Assembly (NCBI GenBank): GCA_024626585.2
Contig: JANKJI020000002.1
Span: forward strand, 132,585,097-132,610,765
Direction: 5' to 3'
From: Ginkgo biloba
Lineage: Eukaryota > Plantae > Ginkgophyta
Length of the DNA: 25,669 nt
Shown: one piece after another, positions 22,271-25,669 of the stretch
Position numbering within the stretch: the first letter of the stretch is position 1
How the letters are laid out: each line of letters begins with the position of its first letter
Notes under the pieces: generated by a model
Databases searched by the model: none
Seen by the model: the letters and a program-made list of their open reading frames with translations, nothing else
Told to the model about the DNA's origin: nothing
Made by a program: the position numbers and the translations under genes

Positions 22271-23100
22271 CTTCCTCCTAAGTTTCCTATATGGTTTTGA
22301 GATTGAACGCACTTGTAACTGTTGGAATCTAGCTTTGGCCAAAAATCAGCTTTCAAAGATGGAGCCAAAATTGGCACATGAGTGCGTTATTCTTCAGCTG
22401 GAAAAATTCGGGACAGCATGGTTGCCTAACTGAATTTCAAATTCAAATTGGGTCAGTTATTCTATACTCTCTTTGCCTAACTTAGTAAATTTCAAAATTG
22501 CTCTATAAGGAGGTTTCTAACATCCATTTTTCGTAGTCTTTCTCTACAGAGTTGTAAATATGGTCTCTAGTTATCCTAGTTGTTGCTTACTTGTTATGCT
22601 ATATAATTTAATCCGATTGCTTGTATCAAACAAGTGTTTAAGCAAGAATAGATTATCCTAATTTGCAGCTGGTAACAGTTTGATGTAATTACTTTTTTTG
22701 TAATATTACTATTTACATTTAGAGCATCTAATTAAGTGAGGAATTGTGATGAGTGCGTATAACAGCTTTTCCGTTTCACTGTTTTCATACTTTGTCCCTT
22801 TTTGTNNNNNNNNNNGGCATTCCTCACTTACATGCAAGCATTTACACATGCAAAATGAAGATGTACTGCAAACTATAATCCAATGCAATGAAACAGTTTT
22901 GGTTCTTGAGATAAACAAAATAAACAAAAAAGACTAAAATGTAACTAACATACTTTCTCCTTTAATACAGAGTTGGATTTCTTCAAAATGATGTTTGCAA
23001 TCACCTCTACTAAACATCCAGATTTGTTCTTTGAAAACCTTTGTTTCAGCAGTCAATGAATTGCCTAGCTTGAAAGAAGTTTTCTCGCATGTGCTTGCAG

Positions 23101-23521
23101 ATGCCTGATGCTGTGGTTGACTACAATTTATCAAGTAGAGAGTGGGTCATTGTCCAACAACAAGATGTGATTGCAGAAAGAGCTCAAGTGTTATATGGTG
23201 GTTCAAGTAGCACTACAAAAGATTTGGATGCATCAAAATCAGTTAATAAATTTGTAACTAAGATGGAGGATAATTGTGAGGATTGGAATGATCTATCTGA
23301 ATTTTATATGTGTGAGCATCGAGATGTTTTATCTACGGATAATGTTTATGTTCCTCTAACAGTAGTTTATTCACATAAAATAAAAAAGGATGGGCAAAAC
23401 CCTGGCATATTGCACGGACNNNNNNNNNNNNNNNNNNNNNNNNNNNNNNNGACAAGCGATGGCGCAATGATTTGAAGAGCTTGCTTGATCGTGGCTGGGT
23501 TATTGCCTTTGCTGATGTTAG
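23101..23521 (+). CDS. Next coding exon of the same S9A peptidase gene (end of beta-propeller, start of catalytic alpha/beta-hydrolase domain)
   Basis: Acceptor gtgcttgcag ends at 23100. It translates MPDAVVDYNLSSREWVIVQQQ...WNDLSEFYMCEHRDVLSTDNVYVPLTVVYS...NPGILHG-[N gap 23420-23450]-DKRWRNDLKSLLDRGWVIAFADVR, with donor ag|gtattc at 23522 (phase 2). VPL-x-VVY, P-x-LLHxHGAYG and SLLDRGW-x-A-x-ADVRGGG are typical S9A/protease 2 motifs. I did not find exons encoding the GxSAGG nucleophile in the window. Confidence 0.95.
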
Positions 23522-24193
23522 GTATTCTATTTGGATTTTCAATTTGTTTGTTAAATTGTTTGCTTCTCATGTTAGGAATCTGGCAAAATGAAATTCTGAA
23601 TCATTTAGGAACCTGTCCTTACCTTCTCTTTGTGTTTCACTGGTAATTTGAAGATGAGAAATAATGAATTTTGTTCATACTCTTTTCATTCATCATTCTT
23701 AATAGGTTTTCTAGCTAGCATGCCTACATAGATTATTTAGCTAGCACAACCAATTTACCTCTTGACTTTATTATAAAAGGTTAACGTTTTTTTTTGTCTT
23801 TGTATCTATGCATTTTCTATCTGCTGTTTTTGGATGACTGGACACACGTTCCTTCTTAATGGCTTATGATTATTGCTATTTTCAGCCAACAAATAAGTTT
23901 ACGGCATACACATATGGTTTTAAAAAGAGATAATAAGTCAAAAGAAATCAACATGCAGATAAGTTCTAGATTTCTCTAAAGCTAGTTAGTTGAATGGTAC
24001 GAAAATAAAGGGTATTTATATTTAACCATTAACACCTCTTTTAGATATTTAATTCCTAAGAAAGTTGTCCTTTACCTTCTGAACAATGGGAAGACATCTT
24101 CATGTGCAAATATTCTTAAAAGTTAATTTCAACAATGAGAGGTAAGCCCATATGTTTGTAATATTATGAATAATGCTCCAATAGAGTAGGAAA

Positions 24194-25040
24194 GTGACGG
24201 GCCAAAAACCATGTAGAACTTATAATTTGGTACGCATTGTTGGTAAAGTAGGGGCACCTCATGGGTCCCACACTCCACCAACGGGGGGTTAATAGACATT
24301 CATTAATGTTCCATATGCATTCACAGTAACAACATTAATTACATAGGCACAAATCAGGAGGAGACTCAAATTCGAGTACAAAGAATCTTCATTAAATGCT
24401 CATAAATACATAGTACATCATATTTAATGCTATCTTAGTCTCTCACACTAAGATATGCATTAAATGCTATTGTAAGTCATTAATACTCGGCTCTCACATG
24501 GTTTTCTAGGTCATAAATGACCCCTTTTTATACATTTTCTCTCTTCATTGATGAAATGACATGTCTCTCGTAAAATGGGTCATGACTGTACATCTTCAAT
24601 AATGGCGGCTTAATTTAGTAATAAATATGACTTTTTAGCATTAATTGCAGTTGTTTGACCAATTTGACTTGTCAAAACTATAAATTAGTCATTTATTATG
24701 TCATAAATGCGATTTTTAAGGTTGGTTGGGCATTGACCTAGTCAAACTATGTCATAAATGGCAGGTGACGCATTTTTCAAGTTGGCTGACATCATCATTC
24801 TGCGTTGATCAAGTCAAATCGCGTAATAAATACGGTTGATGCATTTTTCAAGGTCGGTTGACGTCACTCATGAGCCGTACAAGCCATTTAAGTCAATTGT
24901 ACCTTATTTTTAAGTAATAAATGTGACCGCCCTTCATTCTTATGTAATAAATGCATTGATTTTAAGGTTTTGACCAATTGACTATCATTTGACCACCTTT
25001 GATTATTGTTTGACTGCCTTTGACTGTTGTTTAACCGCCT
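24194..25040 (-). mobile_element. LTR-like element with internal tandem sub-repeats, in the intron downstream of exon 23101-23521
   Basis: Terminus-like gtgacgggcc at 24194 and a minus-strand TATA (tataaaaagggg) around 24521-24532. Three ~70-bp units start at 24664, 24733 and 24805, and a 21-bp repeat spans 24989-25040. The right boundary and TSD were not identified. Confidence 0.45.
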
Positions 25041-25669
25041 TAGATTCTGCTAGCATAAATTAATTGGATATATGTGCAGTTTATGTGCTGGCTACTATAA
25101 ATTAATGTATTTTCTACAGCTTTCTAGTAGTTTCTAGATAGAATGTTATCTTTGGTTTTCATATGTTCATATGATGGACTAACCCCTACTTTATGCGATT
25201 TAAACTCCTTAGAGTACAATTCCCTTAGAGGACTAATTTGTTGTGTTTATGATTATGTATGGTGAAATAATGATTGTTTAATGTCATATGCATTCTTTCA
25301 TATAATTTTTGAAGTTACCCTACCTATACTACAAAAACCCTAGTGAATGACTCTAGGGCAATAATAGTTATACTTAAATCCCCACTGGGAGATTTTGAGC
25401 CTTGGNNNNNNNNNNNNNNNNNNNNNNNNNNNNNNNTTTTTCCCTTGTATTCACTAATTTATGGTACTGACAGTTGTCATTTAGTAGGAGAGATGCCTGT
25501 GCTAAACCTCATACCTACCAGTTTGTAGTCTAATGGTGTAGTTGCAAGGTATATAACTATTTGTGTAGCCATGATCTGTGGTTTGTTGTTGCAACAATGA
25601 TGTTTTCAGAGTTTATACAGTTCTGGTTAGGTTCTATTGGTGTAGCCCTAGGGTTTATTATATTGAAAC

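Larger units (their letters stand above)
8913..23100 (+). other. Very long GT-AG intron of the peptidase gene, filled with retrotransposon remnants
   Basis: GT at 8913 and AG at 23099-23100 join SSPV|MPDAVVDY in frame. The nominal length is 14,188 bp, but it includes two 100-N spacers of unknown size and several sized gaps. Confidence 0.8.

Noticed and set aside
23089-23475. 128-aa ORF as a standalone gene or frameshifted pseudogene
   Set aside because: It is an internal exon bounded by AG at 23100 and GT at 23522. The frame change coincides with an N gap of estimated length.
24655-25040. CRISPR-like array of palindromic repeats
   Set aside because: The units are degenerate along their whole length with no unique spacers, there are no cas genes, and the context is a eukaryotic intron.

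Overview
This is AT-rich eukaryotic DNA from a fragmented assembly, with seven exact 100-N spacers and many sized N gaps. It looks like a large-genome land plant, probably a gymnosperm (inference). The only host gene I can support is two consecutive + strand exons (8811-8912 and 23101-23521) of an S9A prolyl oligopeptidase / protease-2-like gene resembling Arabidopsis At5g66960. They are separated by a nominal 14.2 kb intron filled with transposons. That intron holds a degenerate LINE interrupted by two solo LTRs, each with TG...CA termini and a near-perfect 5-bp target-site duplication (TSD); removing each LTR restores the LINE reading frame. It also holds an LTR followed by a tRNA-Met-type primer binding site (PBS) and an inverted second copy of one LTR family. 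The first ~8 kb is a string of short contigs carrying Ty3/gypsy gag/RT remnants and decayed ORFs I cannot name. I see no RNA genes, CRISPR arrays or prokaryotic systems, and no convincing new biological system. The most unusual signals are ~10.5-bp phased TTGAC arrays in three LTR-like elements and an apparent in-frame ~9-codon deletion in the peptidase exon.
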